A program made the translations under genes and the position numbers. Below the pieces are notes generated by a model. The model saw nothing but the letters and a program-made list of their open reading frames with translations, searched no databases and was not told the origin of the DNA. Source: Eledone cirrhosa (lineage: Eukaryota). Taken from it: 64,000 bases of DNA. The number at the start of each line of letters is the position of its first letter. Within the stretch, counting starts at the first letter, position 1. Where the stretch lies: assembly GCA_964016885.1 (NCBI GenBank), contig OZ024744.1, forward strand, positions 132,308,001 through 132,372,000, written 5' to 3'. Shown here piece by piece: positions 14,901 to 28,200 of the stretch.

Positions 14901-17900
14901 TATCTGATTTCAAATATTGATTTTTTTAGGTTTTTCGAAAACCCTATATAATCAATTTTTTTGTACTTTTAGAAATATCTATATCTGATTTCATGTATTG
15001 ATTTTTTTATATTTTTCGAAAAATCTTATATAATCAATTTTTTTACGTTTTTAGAAAAACCTTATATAATCAATTTTTTTTAGGTTTTTCGAAAAACCTT
15101 ATATAATCAATTTTTTTATGTTTTTTCGAAAAATCTTATATAATCAATTTTTTTACGTTTTTAGAAATATTTATATCTGATTTCAAATATTGATTTTTTT
15201 TAGATTTTTCGAAATACCTTATATAATCAATTTTTTTTAGGTTTTTCAAATCACCTTATATAATCAATTTTTTTTATCTGATTTCAAATATTGATTTTTT
15301 TAGCTTTTTCGACAAAATCTTATATAATCAATTTTTTTTAGGTTTTTCGAAAAAGAATGAATTTGAGTTCATAGTCGAAATATATACTTCTGCATTAATC
15401 TTTTTACGTTTTTTTGATTTTTTTTAAAAAAACGTAAAAAATTAATGCTTTTACAAATCTCTTGAAATATTCACTTTCTAGTTTCAAATTTTGCAGATTA
15501 AATTTTTCTCGAAAAACCTAAAAAATCAGTTGTCGAAATCAGAAGTTAATATTTCGTAAAACGCAATTTGAAAAACTCATATTAATTTTTTTTCGAAAAC
15601 ATTATATAATCAATTTTTTAGAAATATTTATATCTGATTTCAAATATTGATTTTTTTAGGTTTTTCGAAAACCCTATATAATCAATTTTTTTGTACTTTT
15701 AGAAATATCTATATCTGATTTCATGTATTGATTTTTTTATATTTTTCGAAAAATCTTATATAATCAATTTTTTTACGTTTTTAGAAAAACCTTATATAAT
15801 CAATTTTTTTTAGGTTTTTCGAAAAACCTTATATAATCAATTTTTTTGTTTTTTCGAAAAATCTTATATAATCAATTTTTTTACGTTTTTAGAAATATTT
15901 ATATCTGATTTCAAATATTGATTTTTTTTAGATTTTTCGAAATACCTTATATAATCAATTTTTTTTAGGTTTTTCAAATCACCTTATATAATCAATTTTT
16001 TTTATCTGATTTCAAATATTGATTTTTTTAGCTTTTTCGACAAAATCTTATATAATCAATTTTTTTTAGGTTTTTCGAAAAAGAATGAATTTGAGTTCAT
16101 AGTCGAAATATATACTTCTGCATTAATCTTTTTACGTTTTTTTGATTTTTTTAAAAAAACGTAAAAAATTAATGCTTTTACAAATCTTTTGAAATATTTA
16201 CTTTCTAGTTTCAAATTTTGCAGATTAAATTTTTCTCGAAAAACCTAAAAAATCAGTTGTCGAAATCAGAAGTTAATATTTCGAAAAACGCAATTTGAAA
16301 AACTCATATTAATTTTTTTTCGAAAACATACAATTTTTTAGAAATATTTATATCTGATTTCAAATATTGATTTTTTTAGGTTTTTCGAAAACCCTATATA
16401 ATCAATTTTTTTGTACTTTTAGAAATATCTATATCTGATTTCATGTATTGATTTTTTTATATTTTTCGAAAAATCTTATATAATCAATTTTTTTACGTTT
16501 TTAGAAAAACCTTATATAATCAATTTTTTTTAGGTTTTTCGAAAAACCTTATATAATCAATTTTTTTATGTTTTTTCGAAAAATCTTATATAATCAATTT
16601 TTTTACGTTTTTAGAAATATTTATATCTGATTTCAAATATTGATTTTTTTTAGATTTTTCGAAATACCTTATATAATCAATTTTTTTTAGGTTTTTCAAA
16701 TCACCTTATATAATCAATTTTTTTTATCTGATTTCAAATATTGATTTTTTTAGCTTTTTCGACAAAATCTTATATAATCAATTTTTTTTAGGTTTTTCGA
16801 AAAAGAATGAATTTGAGTTCATAGTCGAAATATATACTTCTGCATTAATCTTTTTACGTTTTTTTGATTTTTTTTAAAAAAACGTAAAAAATTAATGCTT
16901 TTACAAATCTCTTGAAATATTCACTTTCTAGTTTCAAATTTTGCAGATTAAATTTTTCTCGAAAAACCTAAAAAATCAGTTGTCGAAATCAGAAGTTAAT
17001 ATTTCGTAAAACGCAATTTGAAAAACTCATATTAATTTTTTTTCGAAAACTTATTATATAATCAATTTTTTTATACTTTTAGAAATATTTATATCTGATT
17101 TCAAATATTGATTTTTTTAGGTTTTTCGAAAACCCTATATAATCAATTTTTTTGTACTTTTAGAAATATCTATATCTGATTTCATGTATTGATTTTTTTA
17201 TATTTTTCGAAAAAGCTTAGATAATCAATTTTTTTAGGTCTTTCGAAAACATTATATAATCAATTTTTTTTTAGGTTTTTCGAAAAAACCTTATATAATC
17301 AATTTTTTTATGTTTTTTCGAAAAATCTTATATAATCAATTTTTTTACGTTTTTAGAAATATTTATATCTGATTTCAAATATTGATTTTTTTTAGGTTTT
17401 TCGAATTACCTTATATAATCAATTTTTTTTAGGTTTTTCAAATTACCATAAGGTAATTTGAAAAACCTAAAAAAAATTGATCTGATTTCAAACATTGATT
17501 TTTTTAGCTTTTTCGACAAAATCTTATATAATCAATTTTTTTTAGGTTTTTCGAAAAAGAATGAATTTGAGTTCATAGTCGAAATATATACTTCTGCATT
17601 AATCTTTTTACGTTTTTTTGATTTTTTTAAAAAAACGTAAAAAATTAATGCTTTTACAAATCTTTTGAAATATTTACTTTCTAGTTTCAAATTTTGCAGA
17701 TTAAATTTTTCTCGAAAAACCTAAAAAATCAGTTGTCGAAATCAGAAGTTAATATTTCGAAAAACGCAATTTGAAAAACTCATATTAATTTTTTTTCGAA
17801 AACATTATATAATCAATTTTTTAGAAATATTTATATCTGATTTCAAATATTGATTTTTTTAGGTTTTTCGAAAACCCTATATAATCAATTTTTTTGTACT

Positions 17901-19250
17901 TTTAGAAATATCTATATCTGATTTCATGTATTGATTTTTTTATATTTTTCGAAAAAGCTTAGATAATCAATTTTTTTAGGTCTTTCGAAAACATTATATA
18001 ATCAATTTTTTTTTAGGTTTTTCGAAAAACCTTATATAATCAATTTTTTTATGTTTTTTCGAAAAATCTTATATAATCAATTTTTTTACGTTTTTAGAAA
18101 TATTTATATCTGATTTCAAATATTGATTTTTTTTAGATTTTTCGAAATACCTTATATAATCAATTTTTTTTAGGTTTTTCAAATTACCTTATATAATCAA
18201 TTTTTTTTATCAGATTTCAAATATTGATTTTTTTTAGCTTTTTCGACAAAATCTTATATAATCAATTTTTTTTAGGTTTTTCGAAAAAGAATGAATTTGA
18301 GTTCATAGTCGAAATATATACTTCTGCATTAATCTTTTTACGTTTTTTTGATTTTTTTTAAAAAAACGTAAAAAATTAATGCTTTTACAAATCTTTTGAA
18401 ATATTTACTTTCTAGTTTCAAATTTTGCAGATTAAATTTTTCTCGAAAAACCTAAAAAATCAGTTGTCGAAATCAGAAGTTAATATTTCGAAAAACGCAA
18501 TTTGAAAAACTCATATTAATTTTTTTTCGAAAACATTATATAATCAATTTTTTAGAAATATTTATATCTGATTTCAAATATTGATTTTTTTAGGTTTTTC
18601 GAAAACCCTATATAATCAATTTTTTTGTACTTTTAGAAATATCTATATCTGATTTCATGTATTGATTTTTTTATATTTTTCGAAAAATCTTATATAATCA
18701 ATTTTTTTACGTTTTTAGAAAAACCTTATATAATCAATTTTTTTTAGGTTTTTCGAAAAACCTTATATAATCAATTTTTTTATGTTTTTTCGAAAAATCT
18801 TATATAATCAATTTTTTTACGTTTTTAGAAATATTTATATCTGATTTCAAATATTGATTTTTTTTAGATTTTTCGAAATACCTTATATAATCAATTTTTT
18901 TTAGGTTTTTCAAATCACCTTATATAATCAATTTTTTTTATCTGATTTCAAATATTGATTTTTTTAGCTTTTTCGACAAAATCTTATATAATCAATTTTT
19001 TTTAGGTTTTTCGAAAAAGAATGAATTTGAGTTCATAGTCGAAATATATACTTCTGCATTAATCTTTTTACGTTTTTTTGATTTTTTTTAAAAAAACGTA
19101 AAAAATTAATGCTTTTACAAATCTCTTGAAATATTCACTTTCTAGTTTCAAATTTTGCAGATTAAATTTTTCTCGAAAAACCTAAAAAATCAGTTGTCGA
19201 AATCAGAAGTTAATATTTCGTAAAACGCAATTTGAAAAACTCATATTAAT
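9000..19250. repeat. Five-monomer higher-order repeat, period 3,663-3,664 bp, ~2.8 copies
   Basis: Marker spacings cycle 754, 729/730, 730, 728, 722. Markers fall at 9478/13141/16805, 10232/13895/17559, 10961/14625/18289 and 11691/15355/19019. The private deletion AAACATACAATT appears at ~12661 and ~16324. Boundaries are approximate. Confidence 0.9.
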
Positions 19251-22200
19251 TTTTTTTCGAAAACTTATTATATAATCAATTTTTTTATACTTTTAGAAAT
19301 ATTTATATCTGATTTCAAATATTGATTTTTTTAGGTTTTTCGAAAACCCTATATAATCAATTTTTTTGTACTTTTAGAAATATCTATATCTGATTTCATG
19401 TATTGATTTTTTTATATTTTTCGAAAAAGCTTAGATAATCAATTTTTTTAGGTCTTTCGAAAACATTATATAATCAATTTTTTTTTAGGTTTTTCGAAAA
19501 AACCTTATATAATCAATTCTTTTTAGGTTTTTTCGAAAAATCTTATATAATCAATTTTTTTACGTTTTTAGAAAAACCTTATATAATCAATTTTTTTTAG
19601 ATTTTTCAAAAAACCTTATATAATCAATTTTTTTTAGGTTTTTCGAAAAACCTTATATAATCAATTTTTTTTGTTTTTTTGAAAAATCTTATATAATCAA
19701 TTTTTTTACGTTTTTAGAAATATTTATATCTGATTTCAAATATTGATTTTTTTTAGGTTTTTCGAATTACCTTATATAATCAATTTTTTTTAGGTTTTTC
19801 AAATTACCATAAGGTAATTTGAAAAACCTAAAAAAAATTGATCTGATTTCAAACATTGATTTTTTTAGCTTTTTCGACAAAATCTTATATAATCAATTTT
19901 CTTTAGGTTTTTCGAAAAAGAATGAATTTGAGTTCATAGTCGAAATATATACTTCTGCATTAATCTTTTTACGTTTTTTTGAAAAAATTAATGCTTTTAC
20001 AAATCTTTTGAAATATTTACTTTCTAGTTTCAAATTTTGCAGATTAAATTTTTCTCGAAAAACCTAAAAAATCAGTTGTCGAAATCAGAAGTTAATATTT
20101 CGTAAAACGCAATTTCAAAAACTCATTAATTTTTTTTCGAAAACTTATTATATAATCAATTTTTTTATACTTTTAGAAATATTTATATCTGATTTCAAAT
20201 ATTGATTTTTTTAGGTTTTTCGAAAACCCTATATAATCAATTTTTTTGTACTTTTAGAAATATCTATATCTGATTTCATGTATTGATTTTTTTATATTTT
20301 TCGAAAAAGCTTAGATAATCAATTTTTTTAGGTCTTTCGAAAACATTATATAATCAATTTTTTTTTAGGTTTTTCGAAAAAACCTTATATAATCAATTTT
20401 TTTTAGGTTTTTCAAATATTGATTTTTTTAGCTTTTTCGACAAAATCTTATATAATCAATTTTTTTTAGGTTTTTCGAAAAAGAATGAATTTGAGTTCAT
20501 AGTCGAAATATATACTTCTGCATTAATCTTTTTACGTTTTTTTGATTTTTTTAAAAAAACGTAAAAAATTAATGCTTTTACAAATCTTTTGAAATATTTA
20601 CTTTCTAGTTTCAAATTTTGCAGATTAAATTTTTCTCGAAAAACCTAAAAAATCAGTTGTCGAAATCAGAAGTTAATATTTCGAAAAACGCAATTTGAAA
20701 AACTCATATTAATTTTTTTTCGAAAACATTATATAATCAATTTTTTAGAAATATTTATATCTGATTTCAAATATTGATTTTTTTAGGTTTTTCGAAAACC
20801 CTATATAATCAATTTTTTTGTACTTTTAGAAATATCTATATCTGATTTCATGTATTGATTTTTTTATATTTTTCGAAAAATCTTATATAATCAATTTTTT
20901 TACGTTTTTAGAAAAACCTTATATAATCAATTTTTTTTAGGTTTTTCGAAAAACCTTATATAATCAATTTTATGTTTTTTCGAAAAATCTTATATAATCA
21001 ATTTTTTTACGTTTTTAGAAATATTTATATCTGATTTCAAATATTGATTTTTTTTAGATTTTTCGAAATACCTTATATAATAAATTTTTTTTAGGTTTTT
21101 CAAATCACCTTATATAATCAATTTTTTTTATCTGATTTCAAATATTGATTTTTTTAGCTTTTTCGACAAAATCTTATATAATCAATTTTTTTTAGGTTTT
21201 TCGAAAAAGAATGAATTTGAGTTCATAGTCGAAATATATACTTCTGCATTAATCTTTTTACGTTTTTTTGATTTTTTTTAAAAAAACGTAAAAAATTAAT
21301 GCTTTTACAAATCTCTTGAAATATTCACTTTCTAGTTTCAAATTTTGCAGATTAAATTTTTCTCGAAAAACCTAAAAAATCAGTTGTCGAAATCAGAAGT
21401 TAATATTTCGAAAAACGCAATTTGAAAAACTCATATTAATTTTTTTTCGAAAACATTATATAATCAATTTTTTAGAAATATTTATATCTGATTTCAAATA
21501 TTGATTTTTTTAGGTTTTTCGAAAACTCTATATAATCAATTTTTTTGTACTTTTAGAAATATCTATATCTGATTTCATGTATTGATTTTTTTATATTTTT
21601 CGAAAAATCTTATATAATCAATTTTTTTACGTTTTTAGAAAAACCTTATATAATCAATTTTTTTTAGGTTTTTCGAAAAACCTTATATAATCAATTTTTT
21701 TATGTTTTTTCGAAAAATCTTATATAATCAATTTTTTTACGTTTTTAGAAATATTTATATCTGATTTCAAATATTGATTTTTTTTAGATTTTTCGAAATA
21801 CCTTATATAATCAATTTTTTTTAGGTTTTTCAAATTACCTTATATAATCAATTTTTTTTATCAGATTTCAAATATTGATTTTTTTTAGCTTTTTCGACAA
21901 AATCTTATATAATCAATTTTTTTTAGGTTTTTCGAAAAAGAATGAATTTGAGTTCATAGTCGAAATATATACTTCTGCATTAATCTTTTTACGTTTTTTT
22001 GATTTTTTTTAAAAAAACGTAAAAAATTAATGCTTTTACAAATCTTTTGAAATATTTACTTTCTAGTTTCAAATTTTGCAGATTAAATTTTTCTCGAAAA
22101 ACCTAAAAAATCAGTTGTCGAAATCAGAAGTTAATATTTCGAAAAACGCAATTTGAAAAACTCATATTAATTTTTTTTCGAAAACATTATATAATCAATT

Positions 22201-25200
22201 TTTTAGAAATATTTATATCTGATTTCAAATATTGATTTTTTTAGGTTTTTCGAAAACCCTATATAATCAATTTTTTTGTACTTTTAGAAATATCTATATC
22301 TGATTTCATGTATTGATTTTTTTATATTTTTCGAAAAAGCTTAGATAATCAATTTTTTTAGGTCTTTCGAAAACATTATATAATCAATTTTTTTTTAGGT
22401 TTTTCGAAAAAACCTTATATAATCAATTTTTTTTAGGTTTTTCAAATATTGATTTTTTTAGCTTTTTCGACAAAATCTTATATAATCAATTTTTTTTAGG
22501 TTTTTCGAAAAAGAATGAATTTGAGTTCATAGTCGAAATATATACTTCTGCATTAATCTTTTTACGTTTTTTTGATTTTTAAAAAAAAACGTAAAAAATT
22601 AATGCTTTTACAAATCTTTTGAAATATTTACTTTCTAGTTTCAAATTTTGCAGATTAAATTTTTCTCGAAAAACCTAAAAAATCAGTTGTCAAAATCAGA
22701 AGTTAATATTTCGAAAAACGCAATTTGAAAAACTCATATTAATTTTTTTTCGAAAACATTATATAATCAATTTTTTAGAAATATTTATATCTGATTTCAA
22801 ATATTGATTTTTTTAGGTTTTTCGAAAACCCTATATAATCAATTTTTTTGTACTTTTAGAAATATCTATATCTGATTTCATGTATTGATTTTTTTATATT
22901 TTTCGAAAAATCTTATATAATCAATTTTTTTACGTTTTTAGAAAAACCTTATATAATCAATTTTTTTTAGGTTTTTCGAAAAACCTTATATAATCAATTT
23001 TTTTATGTTTTTTCGAAAAATCTTATATAATCAATTTTTTTACGTTTTTAGAAATATTTATATCTGATTTCAAATATTGATTTTTTTTAGATTTTTCGAA
23101 ATACCTTATATAATCAATGTTTTTTAGGTTTTTCAAATTACCTTATATAATCAATTTTTTTTATCAGATTTCAAATATTGATTTTTTTTAGCTTTTTCGA
23201 CAAAATCTTATATAATCAATTTTTTTTAGGTTTTTCGAAAAAGAATGAATTTGAGTTCATAGTCGAAATATATACTTCTGCATTAATCTTTTTACGTTTT
23301 TTTGATTTTTTTTAAAAAAACGTAAAAAATTAATGCTTTTACAAATCTTTTGAAATATTTACTTTCTAGTTTCAAATTTTGCAGATTAAATTTTTCTCGA
23401 AAAACCTAAAAAAATCAGTTGTCGAAATCAGAAGTTAATATTTCGAAAAACGCAATTTGAAAAACTCATATTAATTTTTTTTTGGAAAACATTATATAAT
23501 CAATTTTTTAGAAATATTTATATCTGATTTCAAATATTGATTTTTTTAGGTTTTTCGAAAACCCTATATAATCAATTTTTTTGTACTTTTAGAAATATCT
23601 ATATCTGATTTCATGTATTGATTTTTTTATATTTTTCGAAAAATCTTATATAATCAATTTTTTTACGTTTTTAGAAAAACCTTATATAATCAATTTTTTT
23701 TAGGTTTTTCGAAAAACCTTATATAATCAATTTTTTTATGTTTTTTCGAAAAATCTTATATAATCACTTTTTTTGCGTTTTTAGAAATATTTATATCTGA
23801 TTTCAAATATTGATTTTTTTTAGATTTTTCGAAATACCTTATATAATCAATTTTTTTTAGGTTTTTCAAATCACCTTAGAAATATTTATATCTGATTTCA
23901 AATATTGATTTTTTTAGGTTTTTCGAAAACCCTATATAATCAATTTTTTTGTACTTTTAGAAATATCTATATCTGATTTCATGTATTGATTTTTTTATAT
24001 TTTTCGAAAAAGCTTATATAATCAATTTTTTTAGGTCTTTCGAAAACATTATATAATCAATTTTTTTTTAGGTTTTTCGAAAAAACCTTATATAATCAAT
24101 TTTTTTTAGGTTTTTCAAATATTGATTTTTTTAGCTTTTTCGACAAAATCTTATATAATCAATTTTTTTTAGGTTTTTCGAAAAAGAATGAATTTGAGTT
24201 CATAGTCGAAATATATACTTCTGCATTAATCTTTTTACGTTTTTTTGATTTTTTTAAAAAAACGTAAAAAATTAATGCTTTTACAAATCTTTTGAAATAT
24301 TTACTTTCTAGTTTCAAATTTTGCAGATTAAATTTTTCTCGAAAAACCTAAAAAATCAGTTGTCGAAATCAGAAGTTAATATTTCGAAAAACGCAATTTG
24401 AAAAACTCATATTAATTTTTTTTCGAAAACATTATATAATCAATTTTTTAGAAATATTTATATCTGATTTCAAATATTGATTTTTTTAGGTTTTTCGAAA
24501 ACCCTATATAATCAATTTTTTTGTACTTTTAGAAATATCTATATCTGATTTCATGTATTGATTTTTTTATATTTTTCGAAAAATCTTATATAATCAATTT
24601 TTTTACGTTTTTAGAAAAACCTTATATAATCAATTTTTTTTAGGTTTTTCGAAAAACCTTATATAATCAATTTTTTTATGTTTTTTCGAAAAATCTTATA
24701 TAATCAATTTTTTTACGTTTTTAGAAATATTTATATCTGATTTCAAATATTGATTTTTTTTAGATTTTTCGAAATACCTTATATAATCAATTTTTTTTAG
24801 GTTTTTCAAATTACCTTATATAATCAATTTTTTTTATCAGATTTCAAATATTGATTTTTTTTAGCTTTTTCGACAAAATCTTATATAATCAATTTTTTTT
24901 AGGTTTTTCGAAAAAGAATGAATTTGAGTTCATAGTCGAAATATATACTTCTGCATTAATCTTTTTACGTTTTTTTGATTTTTTTTAAAAAAACGTAAAA
25001 AATTAATGCTTTTACAAATCTCTTGAAATATTCACTTTCTAGTTTCAAATTTTGCAGATTAAATTTTTCTCGAAAAACCTAAAAAATCAGTTGTCGAAAT
25101 CAGAAGTTAATATTTCGAAAAACGCAATTTGAAAAACTCATATTAATTTTTTTTCGAAAACATTATATAATCAATTTTTTAGAAATATTTATATCTGATT

Positions 25201-28200
25201 TCAAATATTGATTTTTTTAGGTTTTTCGAAAACCCTATATAATCAATTTTTTTGTACTTTTAGAAATATCTATATCTGATTTCATGTATTGATTTTTTTA
25301 TATTTTTCGAAAAAGCTTAGATAATCAATTTTTTTAGGTCTTTCGAAAACATTATATAATCAATTTTTTTTTAGGTTTTTCGAAAAAATATAATCAATTT
25401 TTTTTAGGTTTTTCAAATATTGATTTTTTTAGCTTTTTCGACAAAATCTTATATAATCAATTTTTTTTAGGTTTTTCGAAAAAGAATGAATTTGAGTTCA
25501 TAGTCGAAATATATACTTCTGCATTAATCTTTTTACGTTTTTTTGATTTTTTAAAAAAAACGTAAAAAATTAATGCTTTTACAAATCTTTTGAAATATTT
25601 ACTTTCTAGTTTCAAATTTTGCAGATTAAATTTTTCTCGAAAAACCTAAAAAATCAGTTGTCGAAATCAGAAGTTAATATTTCGAAAAACGCAATTTGAA
25701 AAACTCATATTAATTTTTTTTCGAAAACATTATATAATCAATTTTTTAGAAATATTTATATCTGATTTCAAATATTGATTTTTTTAGGTTTTTCGAAAAC
25801 CCTATATAATCAATTTTTTTGTACTTTTAGAAATATCTATATCTGATTTCATGTATTGATTTTTTTATATTTTTCGAAAAATCTTATATAATCAATTTTT
25901 TTACGTTTTTAGAAAAACCTTATATAATCAATTTTTTTTAGGTTTTTCGAAAAACCTTATATAATCAATTTTTTTATGTTTTTTCGAAAAATCTTATATA
26001 ATCAATTTTTTTACGTTTTTAGAAATATTTATATCTGATTTCAAATATTGATTTTTTTTAGATTTTTCGAAATACCTTATATAATCAATTTTTTTTAGGT
26101 TTTTCAAATTACCTTATATAATCAATTTTTTTTATCAGATTTCAAATATTGATTTTTTTTAGCTTTTTCGACAAAATCTTATATAATCAATTTTTTTTAG
26201 GTTTTTCGAAAAAGAATGAATTTGAGTTCATAGTCGAAATATATACTTCTGCATTAATCTTTTTACGTTTTTTTGATTTTTTTTAAAAAAACGTAAAAAA
26301 TTAATGCTTTTACAAATCTTTTGAAATATTTACTTTCTAGTTTCAAATTTTGCAGATTAAATTTTTCTCGAAAAACCTAAAAAATCAGTTGTCGAAATCA
26401 GAAGTTAATATTTCGAAAAACGCAATTTGAAAAACTCATATTAATTTTTTTTCGAAAACATTATATAATCAATTTTTTAGAAATATTTATATCTGATTTC
26501 AAATATTGATTTTTTTAGGTTTTTCGAAAACCCTATATAATCAATTTTTTTGTACTTTTAGAAATATCTATATCTGATTTCATGTATTGATTTTTTTATA
26601 TTTTTCGAAAAAGCTTAGATAATCAATTTTTTTAGGTCTTTCGAAAACATTATATAATCAATTTTTTTTTAGGTTTTTCGAAAAAACCTTATATAATCAA
26701 TTTTTTTTAGGTTTTTCAAATATTGATTTTTTTAGCTTTTTCGACAAAATCTTATATAATCAATTTTTTTTAGGTTTTTCGAAAAAGAATGAATTTGAGT
26801 TCATAGTCGAAATATATACTTCTGCATTAATCTTTTTACGTTTTTTTGATTTTTTTAAAAAAACGTAAAAAATTAATGCTTTTACAAATCTTTTGAAATA
26901 TTTACTTTCTAGTTTCAAATTTTGCAGATTAAATTTTTCTCGAAAAACCTAAAAAATCAGTTGTCGAAATCAGAAGTTAATATTTCGAAAAACGCAATTT
27001 GAAAAACTCATATTAATTTTTTTTCGAAAACATTATATAATCAATTTTTTAGAAATATTTATATCTGATTTCAAATATTGATTTTTTTAGGTTTTTCGAA
27101 AACCCTATATAATCAATTTTTTTGTACTTTTAGAAATATCTATATCTGATTTCATGTATTGATTTTTTTATATTTTTCGAAAAATCTTATATAATCAATT
27201 TTTTTACGTTTTTAGAAAAACCTTATATAATCAATTTTTTTTAGGTTTTTCGAAAAACCTTATATAATCAATTTTTTTATGTTTTTTCGAAAAATCTTAT
27301 ATAATCAATTTTTTTACGTTTTTAGAAATATTTATATCTGATTTCAAATATTGATTTTTTTTAGATTTTTCGAAATACCTTATATAATCAATGTTTTTTA
27401 GGTTTTTCAAATTACCTTATATAATCAATTTTTTTTATCAGATTTCAAATATTGATTTTTTTTAGCTTTTTCGACAGAATCTTATATAATCAATTTTTTT
27501 TAGGTTTTTCGAAAAAGAATGAATTTGAGTTCATAGTCGAAATATATACTTCTGCATTAATCTTTTTACGTTTTTTTGATTTTTTTTAAAAAAACGTAAA
27601 AAATTAATGCTTTTACAAATCTTTTGAAATATTTACTTTCTAGTTTCAAATTTTGCAGATTAAATTTTTCTCGAAAAACCTAAAAAATCAGTTGTCGAAA
27701 TCAGAAGTTAATATTTCGAAAAACGCAATTTGAAAAACTCATATTAATTTTTTTTCGAAAACATTATATAATCAATTTTTTAGAAATATTTATATCTGAT
27801 TTCAAATATTAATCAATATTTTTAGGTTTTTCGAAAACCCTATATAATCAATTTTTTTGTACTTTTAGAAATATCTATATCTGATTTCATGTATTGATTT
27901 TTTTATATTTTTCGAAAAAGCTTAGATAATCAATTTTTTTAGATCTTTCGAAAACATTATATAATCAATTTTTTTTTAGGTTTTTCGAAAAAACCTTATA
28001 TAATCAATTCTTTTTAGGTTTTTTCGAAAAATCTTATATAATCAATTTTTTTACGTTTTTAGAAAAACCTTATATAATCAATTTTTTTTAGATTTTTCAA
28101 AAAACCTTATATAATCAATTTTTTTTGTTTTTTTGAAAAATCTTATATAATCAATTTTTTTACGTTTTTAGAAATATTTATATCTGATTTCAAATATTGA

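Noticed and set aside
2030-17640. Six near-identical 60-aa ORFs (MKNLKK...FFKKT)
   Set aside because: They start at a TTG created by the fold-back insertion inside satellite monomers. The F/K/I/N/L-rich composition simply reflects T/A tracts. The frame depends on homopolymer lengths, and there is no ATG or recognisable domain.
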